Source of the DNA: an uncultured Actinomycetota bacterium
Lineage (GTDB): Bacteria; Actinomycetota; Actinomycetes; Propionibacteriales; Nocardioidaceae
DNA: 64,000 bases
Reading direction: 5' to 3'
Assembly (NCBI GenBank): GCA_963836745.1
Contig: CAWIKJ010000017.1
Span: 339,399 to 403,398 of the forward strand
The notes beneath the pieces are model-generated. The model searched no databases. It worked only from the letters and a program-made list of their open reading frames with translations, and was not told the origin of the DNA. A program made the translations under genes and the position numbers. This document shows positions 33,168-44,627 of the stretch, piece after piece. Positions within the stretch are counted from its first letter, which is position 1. The number at the start of each line of letters is the position of its first letter.

Positions 33168-36100
33168 GTGAATCGACTCTTGGCCATCTGTGCTGCAGGT
33201 GCCGTCGCCATGGTGACGGTCACGGTCACGAACGCCGAGGCCGACCCGGCCACCACCGGGCAGTGGTCGGCGCCATTCGAGATGGGCGGCGTGGCCATTC
33301 ACGCCACCTTGACGCGGACCGGTGACGTGGTCTTCTTCGAGTACGTCGAGGGCGAAGTCGGAGTCGACAACACCAGCCGGATCCGCGTCTGGGACCCGGT
33401 GACCGGTGAGTCCCACGACGCCGGGACGGGCTATGACCGCGACCTGTTCTGCGCCGGGCACAACGTCCTGCCCGACGGCCGGCTGTTCGCCACCGGTGGG
33501 CACGACTACACCTCGGCCGGCAAGCAGGACGGCGTCGGCGTGGCGGAGACCGATGTCTACGACCCGGTGACCCGCACGTGGAGTCCGACGCCGGTGATGA
33601 CCCAACGCCGCTGGTACCCCACCAACGTCGGCCTCGGGGACGGCACGACGCTCATCTTCGCCGGTCAGGAGGAAGGCGGCATCTGGGCCGACACCGTCGA
33701 GTCCTACGACCCGGCGACCAACACGATGACGACCCTGCCGCCCAGCGCCAACACCACGGGCGGCAACTACCCCCGGATGCACCTGATGCCCAACGGCAAG
33801 GTGCTCAAGAGCGGCACCAGCAAGACCTCGACGTACTTCGACCCGCAGACCAACCAGTGGTCGGACCTCGCCTCGATGCAGTACGGGAGCCCGCAGCAAG
33901 GGCACTTCGGTGTTGCTGCCCGGCCTGGAGAAGGTGATGGCCATCGGCGGCCAGGCCAACACCGGCGCGCCCACCGCGACGGTCGAGATCCTGGACACCT
34001 CGCAGCCCCAGCCACAGTGGCGCTACACCGCGCCGATGAACTTCCCACGGATCCATGCCAACGCCGTGACGCTGCCCGACGGACAGGTGCTCGTCGTGGG
34101 TGGCGGAGCCGCCGGGAAGTACGACGGCCCCGTCACGGCCGCGGAGCTCTACGACCCCGTGGCCGAGACCTGGACGGTCATGGGATCGCAGCAGGGCGGA
34201 CGCATGTACCACGCCACAGCGCTGCTGCTGCCGGACGGCCGTGTCCTGTCCGCGGGCCAGGACAGCGGTGGCTACGCGACCATGGGGGAGATCTTCAGCC
34301 CGCCCTACCTGTTCAAGGGACCCCGCCCGACGATCGCGAGCGCACCGAGCACGACCGGGTACGGGGAGTCCTTCAGCTTCACCAGCCCCCAGGCCGGCGA
34401 CCTCGGCAAGGTCGCCCTGATCCGCCCCGGTTCGGTGACGCACACCGTGGACACCGACCAGCGCTACGTGGGCCTGGACTTCACCACCTCCGGTGACACC
34501 GTGACGGTCACCGGACCCGCGAACGGGAACATCGCGCCTCCCGGCTACTACATGCTGTTCGCCGTCGACTCCGCGGGCGTGCCGTCTGTCGCCGAGTGGG
34601 TGCACGTCGGCAACGGGGAGCAGCCGCCGGTGGATTCGTCGGCGCCGTCGGTGCCGGGTGACGTGGCGGCGGTGGCGGATGGCGGTGCGGTGGAGGTGAC
34701 GTGGTCGGCGTCGACGGACGACGTGGGGGTGTCGGGCTACACGGTGCGGCGTGATGGTGCCGTGGTCGCGACGGTGTCCAGTGGGTTGGCCTACTCCGAC
34801 TCTGCGGTCTCGGCGGGGCAGACGTACCGCTACACGGTGGAGGCCTTCGACGCGGCGGGCAACGTCTCGGGGGCGTCGGCAGAGGCCGTGGTGACGGTGC
34901 CGGCCGATCCGCCGGGTCAGGGGATCAGTCTGCGTGCGGTGGAGACCGGGTCGAACCTGGCGACCGACGACGCTGACGGTGCCGATGCCGACCAGTGGCG
35001 CGGGCGACGTACTGCTGGCCACGGTGGACGTGCGAGGCAAGCCGGCGATCACGGCGCCGGGCGGGTGGACGCTGGTACGGCAGGACACCTCGGGCACCGC
35101 GCTCCGCAAGGCGACCTACTGGCGGCTGGCGACAGCATCAGAACCGGCGTCGTACACGTGGCAGTTCAGCCTGGCCAGGGCAGCGGTGGGGACGATCCTG
35201 GCCTATGACGGGGTCTCGGCCACCGACCCGATCCAGGCGAGCTCGGGGCAGCCGAACGCGGGGTCCACCTCGATCACGGCGCCGTCGCTGACGACGACGA
35301 CACCGGATGCGGTGGTGGTGGGCCTGTTCGGGATCGGTGGCAACACCGCGATCGCCCCGCCCAGTGGCATGACCGAGCGCAGCGAGGTCCGTTCGCCGAC
35401 CGCGGTGACCGCCAAGGCCGCCGGCGAGACCGCCGACCTCACCCTGGCCCAGCCGGGGCCGACCGGTGACCTGGTGGCCACCTCGACGAAGTCTGGCGCC
35501 AACATCGGCCACCTCGTCGCCCTCACCCCCGCGGGTGGGGCGCCGCCGGTGGATTCGTCGGCGCCGTCGGTGCCGGGTGACGTGGCGGCGGTGGCGGATG
35601 GCGGTGCGGTGGAGGTGACGTGGTCGGCGTCGACGGACGACGTGGGCGTGACGGGCTACACGGTGCGGCGTGATGGTGCCGTGGTCGCGACGGTGTCCAG
35701 TGGGTTGGCCTACTCCGACTCTGCGGTCTCGGCGGGGCAGACGTACCGCTACACGGTGGAGGCCTTCGACGCGGCGGGCAACGTCTCGGGGGCGTCGGCA
35801 GAGGCCGTGGTGACGGTGCCGGCCGATCCGCCGGGTCAGGGGATCAGTCTGCGTGCGGTGGAGACCGGGTCGAACCTGGCGACCGAGACGCTGACGGTGC
35901 CGATGCCGACCAGTGGCGCGGGCGACGTACTGCTGGCCACGGTGGACGTGCGAGGCAAGCCGGCGATCACGGCGCCGGGCGGGTGGACGCTGGTACGGCA
36001 GGACACCTCGGGCACCGCGCTCCGCAAGGCGACCTACTGGCGGCTGGCGACAGCATCAGAACCGGCGTCGTACACGTGGCAGTTCAGCCTGGCCAGGGCA

Positions 36101-36460
36101 GCGGTGGGGACGATCCTGGCCTATGACGGGGTCTCGGCCACCGACCCGATCCAGGCGAGCTCGGGGCAGCCGAACGCGGGGTCCACCTCGATCACGGCGC
36201 CGTCGCTGACGACGACGACACCGGATGCGGTGGTGGTGGGCCTGTTCGGGATCGGTGGCAACACCGCGATCGCCCCGCCCAGTGGCATGACCGAGCGCAG
36301 CGAGGTCCGTTCGCCGACCGCGGTGACCGCCAAGGCCGTCGGCGAGACCGCCGACCTCACCCTGGCCCAGCCGGGGCCGACCGGGGACCTGGTGGCCACC
36401 TCGACGAAGTCGGGCGCCAACATCGGCCACCTCGTCGCCCTCACCCCCGCATCCGGCTGA
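33168..36460 (+). CDS. Secreted copper-radical oxidase (galactose/glyoxal oxidase, AA5-like) with two [FnIII + beta-rich domain] modules; frameshifts ~33895 and ~34967
   Basis: FCAG, RWYP, NYPRMHL, RMYHATALLLPDGRV, SVTH, APPGYYMLF; FnIII WSASTDDVGV.GY...YTVEAFDAAGNVS. Confidence 0.88.
34623..36450 (+). repeat. Near-identical 918-bp tandem duplication (34623-35532 / 35542-36450)
   Basis: Side-by-side comparison shows a handful of substitutions and one 1-bp indel. Confidence 0.92.
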
Positions 36461-36497
36461 GTCTCGGCGCCAGGGTCGGGGACCGGTCGGTACGTAC

Positions 36498-37853
36498 GTG
36501 GTGGGAATGACGCGCGCCACCACGGGTGAAGCCGTGCTGGCGCACGGCGTCAGCACGGCGGAGCCGCTCCCGATCCCGCTGAGCTTCGCCGTGACCGGCG
36601 CGGCGCTGGCCCTGGTGATGTCGTTCGTCGTCCTGGGGTTCGCGTGGCGACGTCCCCGCTTCCGAGGCGAGGAGTCCGGGCGCTGCCTTCCCCGAGGACT
36701 CACGCGCCTGCTGGAGTCGTCCGCGACCCGCTGGACCCTGCAGGCCCTGGTGCTCGCGCTGGCGGCCTACGTGGCGATGGCCGCGATCCTCGGCCCGGAC
36801 TCGCTGGAGAATCCGACGTTCGGGGTCGTCTACGTCCTGCTCTGGGTCGGCCTCGTCATGGGATCGGTCCTCCTCGGCCCGATCTGGACCGTGTTGAATC
36901 CCCTGCGCACGCTGCACCGGCTGCTGGCCCTTCTCGTCCGGACCGACCCGGATGCCAGCTCCCGGGATCTGCCGGCTCGCCTCGGCCAGTGGCCGGCAGC
37001 CTTCGGGCTCTACGCCTTCGTGTGGCTCGAGCTCGCGTCACCACATCCCGCCCAGCTGGGACCGGTACGCCTGTGGTTCGCGCTCTACATCTCGGCCATG
37101 CTCGTCGGTGCCTCGGTCTACGGGCGGCGCTGGTTCGACCACGCCGATCCCTTCGAGTGGTACTCGACCGTCGTCGGTCGGCTGGCACCCTTCGCCCGGC
37201 GCACCGATGGGCGGGTCGTCCGCAATCCTCTGGAGAACCTGGACGCGATGCGGCCCGTCCCGGGGCTCACGGCGACCATGGCCGTGCTGCTCGGCTCCAC
37301 CGCGTACGACAGCATCCAGGGGACCGCGGCCTGGGTCAGCATGGTGGAGTCGTCCACGCTCACTCCGGTCGTGCTGCAGACGCTGGGGCTCAGCGCCTGC
37401 TGCCTGCTCGTGTTCGTGTCGTTCTCGGCCGCGGCGATCCTGTCCGGCCTGTCCCTGGCACCACCGCAGCCGCGTTGGAGCGCGATGCCCGGGGTCTACG
37501 CCCACTCGTTGGTGCCGATCGTCGTCGGGTACGTCGTCGCGCACTACCTGACATTCCTGATCGTCGTCGGTCATCAGACCGTGATCGGCCTCTCCGATCC
37601 CCTGTCGCGGGGGTGGAACGTGTTCGGGACAGCGGAGTGGAGCCTGTCCAACGGTCTCCTGACCTATCCGACCGCCATCGCCGTCGTCCAGGTCATGGCG
37701 GTGGTGACCGGGCACGTGCTCGGGGTGATCAGCGCGCACGACCGCGCGGTGCGGCTGCTGCCGGTGCGCTCGGCGGTGCGCGGTCAGCTCCCCCTGCTGG
37801 TGGTGATGATCGGCTTCACCGTGAGCGGCCTCCTGCTCCTGTTCGCCCCCTGA
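36498..37853 (+). CDS. Polytopic membrane protein ('fenitrothion hydrolase' FedB-like annotation family)
   Basis: VLAHG, LPIP, NPLRT, LGSTAYD, AHYL, SDPL.RGWNVFG, GHVLGV..AHD. Confidence 0.7.
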   Translation: MVGMTRATTGEAVLAHGVSTAEPLPIPLSFAVTGAALALVMSFVVLGFAWRRPRFRGEESGRCLPRGLTRLLESSATRWTLQALVLALAAYVAMAAILGPDSLENPTFGVVYVLLWVGLVMGSVLLGPIWTVLNPLRTLHRLLALLVRTDPDASSRDLPARLGQWPAAFGLYAFVWLELASPHPAQLGPVRLWFALYISAMLVGASVYGRRWFDHADPFEWYSTVVGRLAPFARRTDGRVVRNPLENLDAMRPVPGLTATMAVLLGSTAYDSIQGTAAWVSMVESSTLTPVVLQTLGLSACCLLVFVSFSAAAILSGLSLAPPQPRWSAMPGVYAHSLVPIVVGYVVAHYLTFLIVVGHQTVIGLSDPLSRGWNVFGTAEWSLSNGLLTYPTAIAVVQVMAVVTGHVLGVISAHDRAVRLLPVRSAVRGQLPLLVVMIGFTVSGLLLLFAP

Positions 37854-37873
37854 GAGGGCGCGCCCGTCCCGTC

Positions 37874-39307
37874 CTACGGAGCAGGGACGATGTTGTTGTT
37901 CAGCCGGAACAGGTTGTCGGGGTCGTAGGTCGCCTTGATGTCGGCGAGCCGGGCCAGGTTGTGGCCGAAGGCGCTCTCGACGCCTGCGGTGACCGCCTCG
38001 CCCTCGACGCCGGTGAAGTTCAGGTAGACCGAGCCGGTGCCGTGCTCGTGCACGCGGCTCCACGCGTCGCGCACCCACGAGATGAGCCGGTCGTCGTCGC
38101 TCGCGTCCTTCCAGTTGCCGTCCATGGAGACCATCCAGTTCGCCGATCGCTCGCCGTAGGCCGTTTCCTCGGCCCCGACCCGGTTGATCGCCCCGCCCAT
38201 CTGGAAGGTCACCACGAACACCCGGTCGTGCGGCCGGTTGCGGGCACGGTCGACGATGATGTCGAGGATCGGGTCGGTCAGCTCGTCGACGTAGGTCGAC
38301 TTCCAGTAGCTGCGCAGCGTGCCGCGCTGGAAGAACTCGTCGAAGGCGGCCTGCACGGCGACGAACGGCAGCGGCCCCGAGATGTCCGCCAGAGGGGTCC
38401 CGATCTCTCGCAGCGGCTGGATCACCTTGAGACCCTCCATGGTGTCACCGGTGTAGACGGCGCCGGTGACGATGAAGGGACGGTCGTGGATCTCCGGCGG
38501 CGTGTGCTCGCTGGCCGGCAGGGTCGTGCAGCCGATCAGCGCCGAGATCTCGTCGGGCACGGTCCTGGCCCAGTCGCGGAACCCGCGGTAGACGGCCTCC
38601 GCGTCCTCGACGGGATGGAACACGCCCGCGAACGCCACCACCGGACCCACCGGGTGGCACTGGAAGGTGAACGAGGTGACGACACCGAAGTTGCCGCCAC
38701 CGCCACGCAGTGCCCAGAAGAGGTCCGGGTGGGAGTCGGCCGAAGCGGTCCGAACCTCACCGTCGGCGCACACCACCGTGGCCGACAGCAGGTTGTCGAT
38801 CGACAGCCCGTGCTTGCGCCGGACCCAGCCCTCCCCGCCGCCCAGGGTGAGCCCGGCGACACCGGTGTCGGAGACCACGCCCGACGGGGCGACGAGCCCG
38901 AAGGCCTGCGTCTCGTGGTCCATGTCGCCGACCAGCGCCCCGCCCTGGACGCGCACCGTCCGGGACTTCAGGTCGACGTCGACGCCGTTCATCTGCGCCA
39001 GGTCGAGCAGCAGCCCACCGTCGACGCTCGAGAGCCCGGCCACCGAGTGGCCGCCTCCACGCACCGCGACGACGAGGCCGTGGGACCGGGCGAAGTTGAC
39101 CGCGACAACCACGTCGGCGGTGCCGGTCGGACGCACCACCAGGGCCGGCCTCCCGGGATGCATGGCGTTGTACGGCGCACGCACCATGGCATAGCCCGGA
39201 TCCTCCCGGGTCAACACGTCCCCGCGGGTCATCGAACGGAGCTCTTCGAGGGCATCCGGGTTGATCGTCATCTCGGCGCCGGTCAGCGTCGCCACGGTCA
39301 CTGTCAT
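37874..39307 (-). CDS. FAD-binding oxidoreductase, berberine-bridge-enzyme-like
   Basis: RGGGHS, GLTLGGG, DLFWALRGGGGNFGVVT, YLNF, YDPDNLFRLNNNI. Confidence 0.9.
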   Translation of the reverse strand: MTVTVATLTGAEMTINPDALEELRSMTRGDVLTREDPGYAMVRAPYNAMHPGRPALVVRPTGTADVVVAVNFARSHGLVVAVRGGGHSVAGLSSVDGGLLLDLAQMNGVDVDLKSRTVRVQGGALVGDMDHETQAFGLVAPSGVVSDTGVAGLTLGGGEGWVRRKHGLSIDNLLSATVVCADGEVRTASADSHPDLFWALRGGGGNFGVVTSFTFQCHPVGPVVAFAGVFHPVEDAEAVYRGFRDWARTVPDEISALIGCTTLPASEHTPPEIHDRPFIVTGAVYTGDTMEGLKVIQPLREIGTPLADISGPLPFVAVQAAFDEFFQRGTLRSYWKSTYVDELTDPILDIIVDRARNRPHDRVFVVTFQMGGAINRVGAEETAYGERSANWMVSMDGNWKDASDDDRLISWVRDAWSRVHEHGTGSVYLNFTGVEGEAVTAGVESAFGHNLARLADIKATYDPDNLFRLNNNIVPAP

Positions 39308-39425
39308 CGCACTGGCTCCCAGCTGGTTCGAGGGTTGAGCGGTCTCGCTCTCCAAACTAGGCCGGGAGTGCCGGCGAAGAATCGCCCAAATTGGGGAGGG
39401 CCCCGCCCTCGCGCCGCGCGCGGGA

Positions 39426-40938
39426 CTAGTCGAGGTAGTCGCGCAGGACCTGGGAGCGGCTCGGGTGGCGCAGCTTCGACATCGTCTTCGACTCGATCTG
39501 GCGGATCCGCTCGCGGGTCACGCCGTAGACCTTGCCGATCTCGTCGAGGGTCTTGGGCTGGCCGTCGGTGAGGCCGAACCGCATCGACACCACGCCCGCC
39601 TCGCGCTCGGAGAGCGTGTCGAGGACGGCGTGGAGCTGCTCCTGGAGCAGCGTGAACGACACGGCGTCGGCCGGGACGATCGCCTCGGAGTCCTCGATCA
39701 GGTCGCCGAACTCGGAGTCGCCGTCCTCACCGAGCGGGGTGTGCAGCGAGATCGGCTCGCGACCGTACTTCTGGACCTCGATGACCTTCTCCGGGGTCAT
39801 GTCGAGCTCCTTGGCGAGCTCCTCCGGGGTGGGCTCGCGCCCGAGGTCCTGGAGCATCTGGCGCTGCACGCGGGCCAGCTTGTTGATGACCTCGACCATG
39901 TGGACCGGGATCCGGATGGTGCGGGCCTGGTCGGCCATGGCGCGGGTGATCGCCTGCCGGATCCACCAGGTGGCGTACGTCGAGAACTTGTAGCCCTTGG
40001 TGTAGTCGAACTTCTCGACCGCACGGATCAGACCGAGGTTGCCCTCCTGGATCAGGTCGAGGAAGAGCATGCCGCGGCCGGTGTAGCGCTTGGCCAGCGA
40101 GACGACGAGCCGCAGGTTGGCCTCGAGCAGGTGGTTCTTGGCGCGGCGGCCGTCCTCGGCGATCCACTCCAGCTCCTCGTGGAGCTTGGCGCTGACCTTG
40201 CCGCCCTTGCGCGAGCTTCTCCTCCGAGAACAGGCCGGCCTCGATCCGCTTGGCGAGCTCGACCTCCATCTCGGCGTTCAGCAGCGGGACCTTGCCGATC
40301 TGCTTGAGGTAGTCCTTGACCGGGTCGGCGGTCGCGCCGGCGACCATGACCTGCTGCGCCGGCTCATCGGTCTCGTCGGCGTCGGAGACGACGAAGGTCG
40401 AGGTGGCCTCCTTCTCGTCCTCCTTGATGGTGGGGTCGGCGACGACGTCCTTCTCGAACTGCTCGTCGGGCAGGTCGGGGAGGATCTTCTTGCCGTCGGG
40501 ACCGACCACGGGCGCGGCGTCGGCCGCGGGCGTCGCGGCCTTCTTGGTCGCGGTCGCCTTCTTGGTCGCCGTCGCCTTCTTCGCCGGGGCCTTCTTCGGC
40601 GGCCGGCGCCTCGGCGGCCTTGGCCGCGGCCTTCTTCGCCGGCGCCTTCTTGGCGCGGCAGCCTTCTTGGTGGCCGTCGCGGTGGCCGTCTTGCGAGCCG
40701 TCGAGGCGGCGACCGCGCGGGTGCCGACCGGGATGCTCACCGAGATGCCGAGGCCGCTCAGGTGCGCCAGCAGCGCCTTGAGGTGGCGGGGCTCGACCGC
40801 GGCGTCCTCACTGGCCTGCCGGACCTCGTCGGGGGTGATGCTGCCGGTCGGTCGACCCGACTCGATCAGGGCCAGCACCGCGGGGTGTGCCAGCACCTCG
40901 GCGGGAAGCTGCTTGCGCGCGTTCGAGGACACGAACAC
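39426..40938 (-). CDS. sigA: Principal RNA polymerase sigma factor (SigA/HrdB); frameshifts ~40210 and ~40600-40650
   Basis: K/A-rich N-terminus, [55 protein letters not shown]. Confidence 0.95.
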
Positions 40939-41039
40939 CTCTCGTCAGGGGCACAGGGCGCGGCGGAGCCCGGTATTGTCAACAGCCGCAACGCCCATTG
41001 TGCCACGCGTCCGAAGCCGCACAGAACCCGGGGATGCGG

Positions 41040-41619
41040 TCAGCCGGTGGGTGCCGATCGGGCCTTGGCCGCGGCCTTCATCTGCTTCTTGTGGTCGCGC
41101 ACCTTCTGCAGCGACGCCGGGTCCACCACGTCGGCCACCGAGCGGTAGCCCTCCTCGGCGTAGGCGCCCACGGCCTGCTCCCAGCCCTCGGGCCGTACGC
41201 CGAGCTGCTTGGCGAGCAGCGCCACGAAGATCTGCGCCTTCTGCTTGCCGAACCCGGGCAGCGCCTGCATCCGCTTCATCAGGTCCTTCCCGTCCGCCGC
41301 GTCGGTCCAGATCCGCGAGGCGTCGCCGTCGTACTCCTCGGTGACGATCCGCGCCAGCTCCTGCAGCCGCGCCGCCATCGACCCCGGGAACCGGTGGATC
41401 GCCGGCGGGGTCGCGCACAGCGCTGCGAACGGCTCCGGGTCGGCGGCGGCGATCGCGGCCGGGTCGATGCTGCCGAACCGGTCCAGCACCTTGGCCGGGC
41501 CCGCGGAACGCGTGCTCCATCGGGTACTGCTGGTCGAGCATCATCCCGACCAGCAGCGCGAACGGGGAGTCGGTCAGGACCTGGTCGGCGTGCTCGTCAC
41601 CGGTGATGTGGATCCCCAT
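41040..41619 (-). CDS. HhH-GPD-type base-excision repair protein (frameshift ~41500)
   Basis: FALLVGMMLDQQYPME, PAIHRFPGSM, LPGFGKQKAQIF. Confidence 0.85.
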
Positions 41620-41654
41620 GGGGCCATCCTGCCTGACGGCGCCCGAGGCCGGCT

Positions 41655-41697
41655 GCGCCCCGGATCGAGGCCATCTGGTGGCTCGGATCCGGGGCGC
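41655..41697. terminator. Hairpin downstream of the GNAT gene
   Basis: GCGCCCCGGATC...GATCCGGGGCGC. Confidence 0.5.
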
Positions 41698-41713
41698 TGA
41701 GGGTGACTCGGAC

Positions 41714-42205
41714 TCAGGTGTCCAAGCGGTAGGTCACGAAGTCGACGCCCTGCGGTCCGGGTCGGGTCTTCGGCGTCGGGGTCCAGCCGCGACGGACGTA
41801 GAACTGCAGGGCGCGACGATTGCCGGCCCACACCTCCAGGACACCTGGTTCGCCCTCGCGGAGCTCGTCGGGGAACGCGTCGTACAGGCTCGACCCCACG
41901 CCCTCGCCGAAGCGGTCGGGCAGCACGTAGAGCGCGGTGAGCTCCAGCGCGGCGACCGGGTCGTCGACGCGCACGGTCGAGACGAAGCCGGCCACACCCT
42001 CCGGGGAGTCGGCGACGGCCGTGCGTCGTCCCGGCTCCGCCACGCGGCCACTCCAGAACTGCTCCCGCCCGTCGTCGCGGTCCGCGACGGTGCCGTAGTA
42101 GGCGGCGCGCGAGTGCCGGTGGACGTGCGCGATCGCCTCGACGTCCGAGGCCGTGGCTGGGCGGAGGTGGACGGTCAGTCGGCCTTGACCGCCAGGACCG
42201 GGCAC
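41714..42205 (-). CDS. GNAT family acetyltransferase (start uncertain)
   Basis: ELTALYVLP..FGEGVG, NRRALQFYVRRGW. Confidence 0.8.
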   Translation of the reverse strand: MPGPGGQGRLTVHLRPATASDVEAIAHVHRHSRAAYYGTVADRDDGREQFWSGRVAEPGRRTAVADSPEGVAGFVSTVRVDDPVAALELTALYVLPDRFGEGVGSSLYDAFPDELREGEPGVLEVWAGNRRALQFYVRRGWTPTPKTRPGPQGVDFVTYRLDT

Positions 42206-42576
42206 TTCGCGTCGAGCAGGATGCGCTGGGCGTTGCTGCCCAGGATCAGCTTGCCGACCGGCGAGCGGCGGCGCAGCCCGATCACGATGAGCTCGGCGTC
42301 AGCCGCGTCGGCGATGCTGATGAGGTCCTCGGCGGGCTCGAAGCCGCGGACCAGCTGCCGCACCTCGTGCTCGATCCCGGCGTCGGAGAGGCGCGCGCGG
42401 ATCCGCTCCATCTCGGCGTCGGCCTTGGCCGAGGCCTCCTGGTCGAACTCGCTGCCACCGCGGTGGGAGTTGACCACCACGACCCTGGCGCTGCGCAGCT
42501 TCGCCTCCGCGATCGCACTCGTCAGGGCGGCTTCGCCCTCCGGCTTGGGCACGAAGCCCACCACCACGGTCCCCAT
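42175..42576 (-). CDS. Universal stress protein
   Basis: VVVG, LIVIG.RRRS..GKLILGSNAQRILL.A.CPVL. Confidence 0.9.
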   Translation of the reverse strand: MGTVVVGFVPKPEGEAALTSAIAEAKLRSARVVVVNSHRGGSEFDQEASAKADAEMERIRARLSDAGIEHEVRQLVRGFEPAEDLISIADAADAELIVIGLRRRSPVGKLILGSNAQRILLDAKCPVLAVKAD

Positions 42577-42701
42577 AGACCCTCCTCAACCTGACGCGCC
42601 CCGAAACCGGGCCTGCATGGGCAACCTACCGAATCCACGCCCTCAGGGGCAGCCTGTGGAGGACGCGTCCCGGTCGGGAGCGACTCCGGCAGGCTGGAAC
42701 G

Positions 42702-43112
42702 ATGCCGCTGCTCGAGGATCCGGTGCCGCGCCCGGCGGCGCTGCTGCTCCGTGAGGCCGTACGCCGCCACGCGCACGCCGAGCGCCGCCGCCGGTTCGCA
42801 CCGGTGCTCCACGTCGGGCGGCCGGGCGTCCGCGAGCACTGCGTCGCGGCGGCCGTCCACGGCACCGACCACGCACTGCGGGCCGACCTCATGGCCGCCC
42901 TGCTGGCCCGCTCCCCCGACCCCGAGCCGCTGGTGTGGCTCACCCGCCCCGGCGAGCTGCAGACCCACGACGTCGACGCCGCCTGGCTCGCGGCGTCCGC
43001 CGCCGCCTGGGCCGAGGCCGGGCGTGACCTGTCGTGGGTCGTGGTCACCCGGCACGGCTGGTGGGACCCCCGCAGCGGCCTGCGCCGGACCTGGCAGCGG
43101 ATCCGGGACTGA
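42702..43112 (+). CDS. Hypothetical protein
   Basis: Coding-like codon usage; LHVGRPG, WLTRPG, VVTRHGWWDP. Confidence 0.65.
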   Translation: MPLLEDPVPRPAALLLREAVRRHAHAERRRRFAPVLHVGRPGVREHCVAAAVHGTDHALRADLMAALLARSPDPEPLVWLTRPGELQTHDVDAAWLAASAAAWAEAGRDLSWVVVTRHGWWDPRSGLRRTWQRIRD

Positions 43113-43121
43113 CCGACCCGC

Positions 43122-44585
43122 TCACTCCCAGGTGTGGACCGGCTCGTTGGTGTGCATGTTGACGCGGTAGTCCTCCAGCGTGGCCCGGAGCGCGTCGTAC
43201 CGGTCGAGGTCGGCGCGGTCGTGCATCCGCCGCGCGAACCACTCCGCGCCGTTGACCCCGGTCAGGCAGCGCTGCTCGATGATGCCGAGCAGCCGGTCCG
43301 CCTCCGCCTGGGGCACGCCCCAGGCCGCCAGCCCCTCGTGGGCCAGCGGGAGCAACCGCCGCAGCACCAGCTCGGTGGCGCGGACCTGGCCGATGCCGGG
43401 CCAGTAGACCTGCGTGTCGATCCCGAACTCGGCGGCGGCGTGGAAGTTCTCCTCGGCGGCCGAGAACGACATCTGCGACCACAGCGGCCGCTCGCTCTCG
43501 GCGAGCGAGCGCACCAGGCCGAAGTAGAAGGCGGCGTTGGCGATCAGGTCGACCACCGTGGGTCCGGCGCCCAGGACGCGGTTCTCGACCCGCAGGTGCG
43601 GGACGTCGTCGACGACGTCGTAGACCGGTCGGTTCCAGCGGTAGATGGTGCCGTTGTGGAGCCGCAGCTCCTGCAGCTTCGGGGTCCGGCCGTCCTCGAG
43701 CACCTCGAGCGGGTCCTCGTCCTCGGTGATCGGCAGCAGCGCCGGGAAGAACCGCACGTTCTCCTCGAACAGGTCGAAGACCGAGGTGATCCAGCGCTCG
43801 CCGAACCAGACGCGCGGCCGGACGCCCTGCGCCTTGAGCTCCTCGCTGCGGGTGTCGGTCGCCTGCTCGAACAGCGGGATCCGGGTCTCGCGCCACAGCT
43901 CCTTGCCGAGCAGGTAGGGCGAGTTGGCGCCGACCGCGACCTGGATCGAGGCGATCACCTGCGAGGCGTTCCAGTACGCCGCGAACTGGTCGGGCGAGGT
44001 CTGCACGTGGAACTGCGTGCTGGTGCAGGCGGCCTCGGGGACGATCGAGTCGGCGGTGGTGACCAGCCGCTCCGGGCCGGTGATCGAGATCGAGATGTCC
44101 TCGCCGCGCGCGGCCATGATCTGCTCGCTCAGCAGCCGGTAGCGCGGGTTGGGCGTGATGCTGTCGAGGGCGAGGTGGCCCTCGGCCAGGGTCGGCAGGA
44201 TGCCGATCATCACCATGTGGGCGCCGACCTCGGCCGACTTCGACTCGGCGTCGTTGAGGCTCTCGCGCAGCGTGTTCTCGAACGTCGAGAGCCCGCCCTC
44301 GCGGAGCCGCACCGGCGGCACGTTGATCTCGATGTTGAACTGGCCGAGCTCGGTGACGAACTCCGGGTCGGCGATGGCCGCCAGCGCCTCGGCGTTCTTC
44401 AGCGCGGGGTCGCCGTTGTCGTCGACGAGGTTGAGCTCCACCTCGAGACCGGTCATCGGGTCGTCGGTGTCGAACCGCGCCTCCCGCAGCATCCGGGCGA
44501 AGACGTCGAGGCAGCGCCGGACCTTCTCCCGGTGCCGGGTCCGGTCGGCACGGGAGAACTCCTGTGCGGCTACTTCGTCGCCCAT
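43122..44585 (-). CDS. Glutamate--cysteine ligase (GCS2) family protein
   Basis: GLEVELNL, ELGQFNIE, EAACTS.QFH, ANSP, IPLFEQ, YRWNRPVY, RVENR. Confidence 0.88.
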   Translation of the reverse strand: MGDEVAAQEFSRADRTRHREKVRRCLDVFARMLREARFDTDDPMTGLEVELNLVDDNGDPALKNAEALAAIADPEFVTELGQFNIEINVPPVRLREGGLSTFENTLRESLNDAESKSAEVGAHMVMIGILPTLAEGHLALDSITPNPRYRLLSEQIMAARGEDISISITGPERLVTTADSIVPEAACTSTQFHVQTSPDQFAAYWNASQVIASIQVAVGANSPYLLGKELWRETRIPLFEQATDTRSEELKAQGVRPRVWFGERWITSVFDLFEENVRFFPALLPITEDEDPLEVLEDGRTPKLQELRLHNGTIYRWNRPVYDVVDDVPHLRVENRVLGAGPTVVDLIANAAFYFGLVRSLAESERPLWSQMSFSAAEENFHAAAEFGIDTQVYWPGIGQVRATELVLRRLLPLAHEGLAAWGVPQAEADRLLGIIEQRCLTGVNGAEWFARRMHDRADLDRYDALRATLEDYRVNMHTNEPVHTWE

Positions 44586-44627
44586 GCCCTGACACTAGGG
44601 AGGAATCGGCCGCCGGGCGAGCCCCCG

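Noticed and set aside
33040-39430. att-like direct repeats around the AA5/BBE block
   Set aside because: Only short, weak matches (e.g. CTAGRCCGGG); not beyond chance
36644-39571. 975-aa ORF and similar long Arg/Pro-rich ORFs (5759..7819, 12997..15330, 25597..27615, 43134..45329)
   Set aside because: Off-frame or antisense shadows of well-supported genes, with no recognisable motifs
40520-40700. Short tandem repeats encoding [11 protein letters not shown]
   Set aside because: Normal K/A-rich N-terminus of actinobacterial SigA
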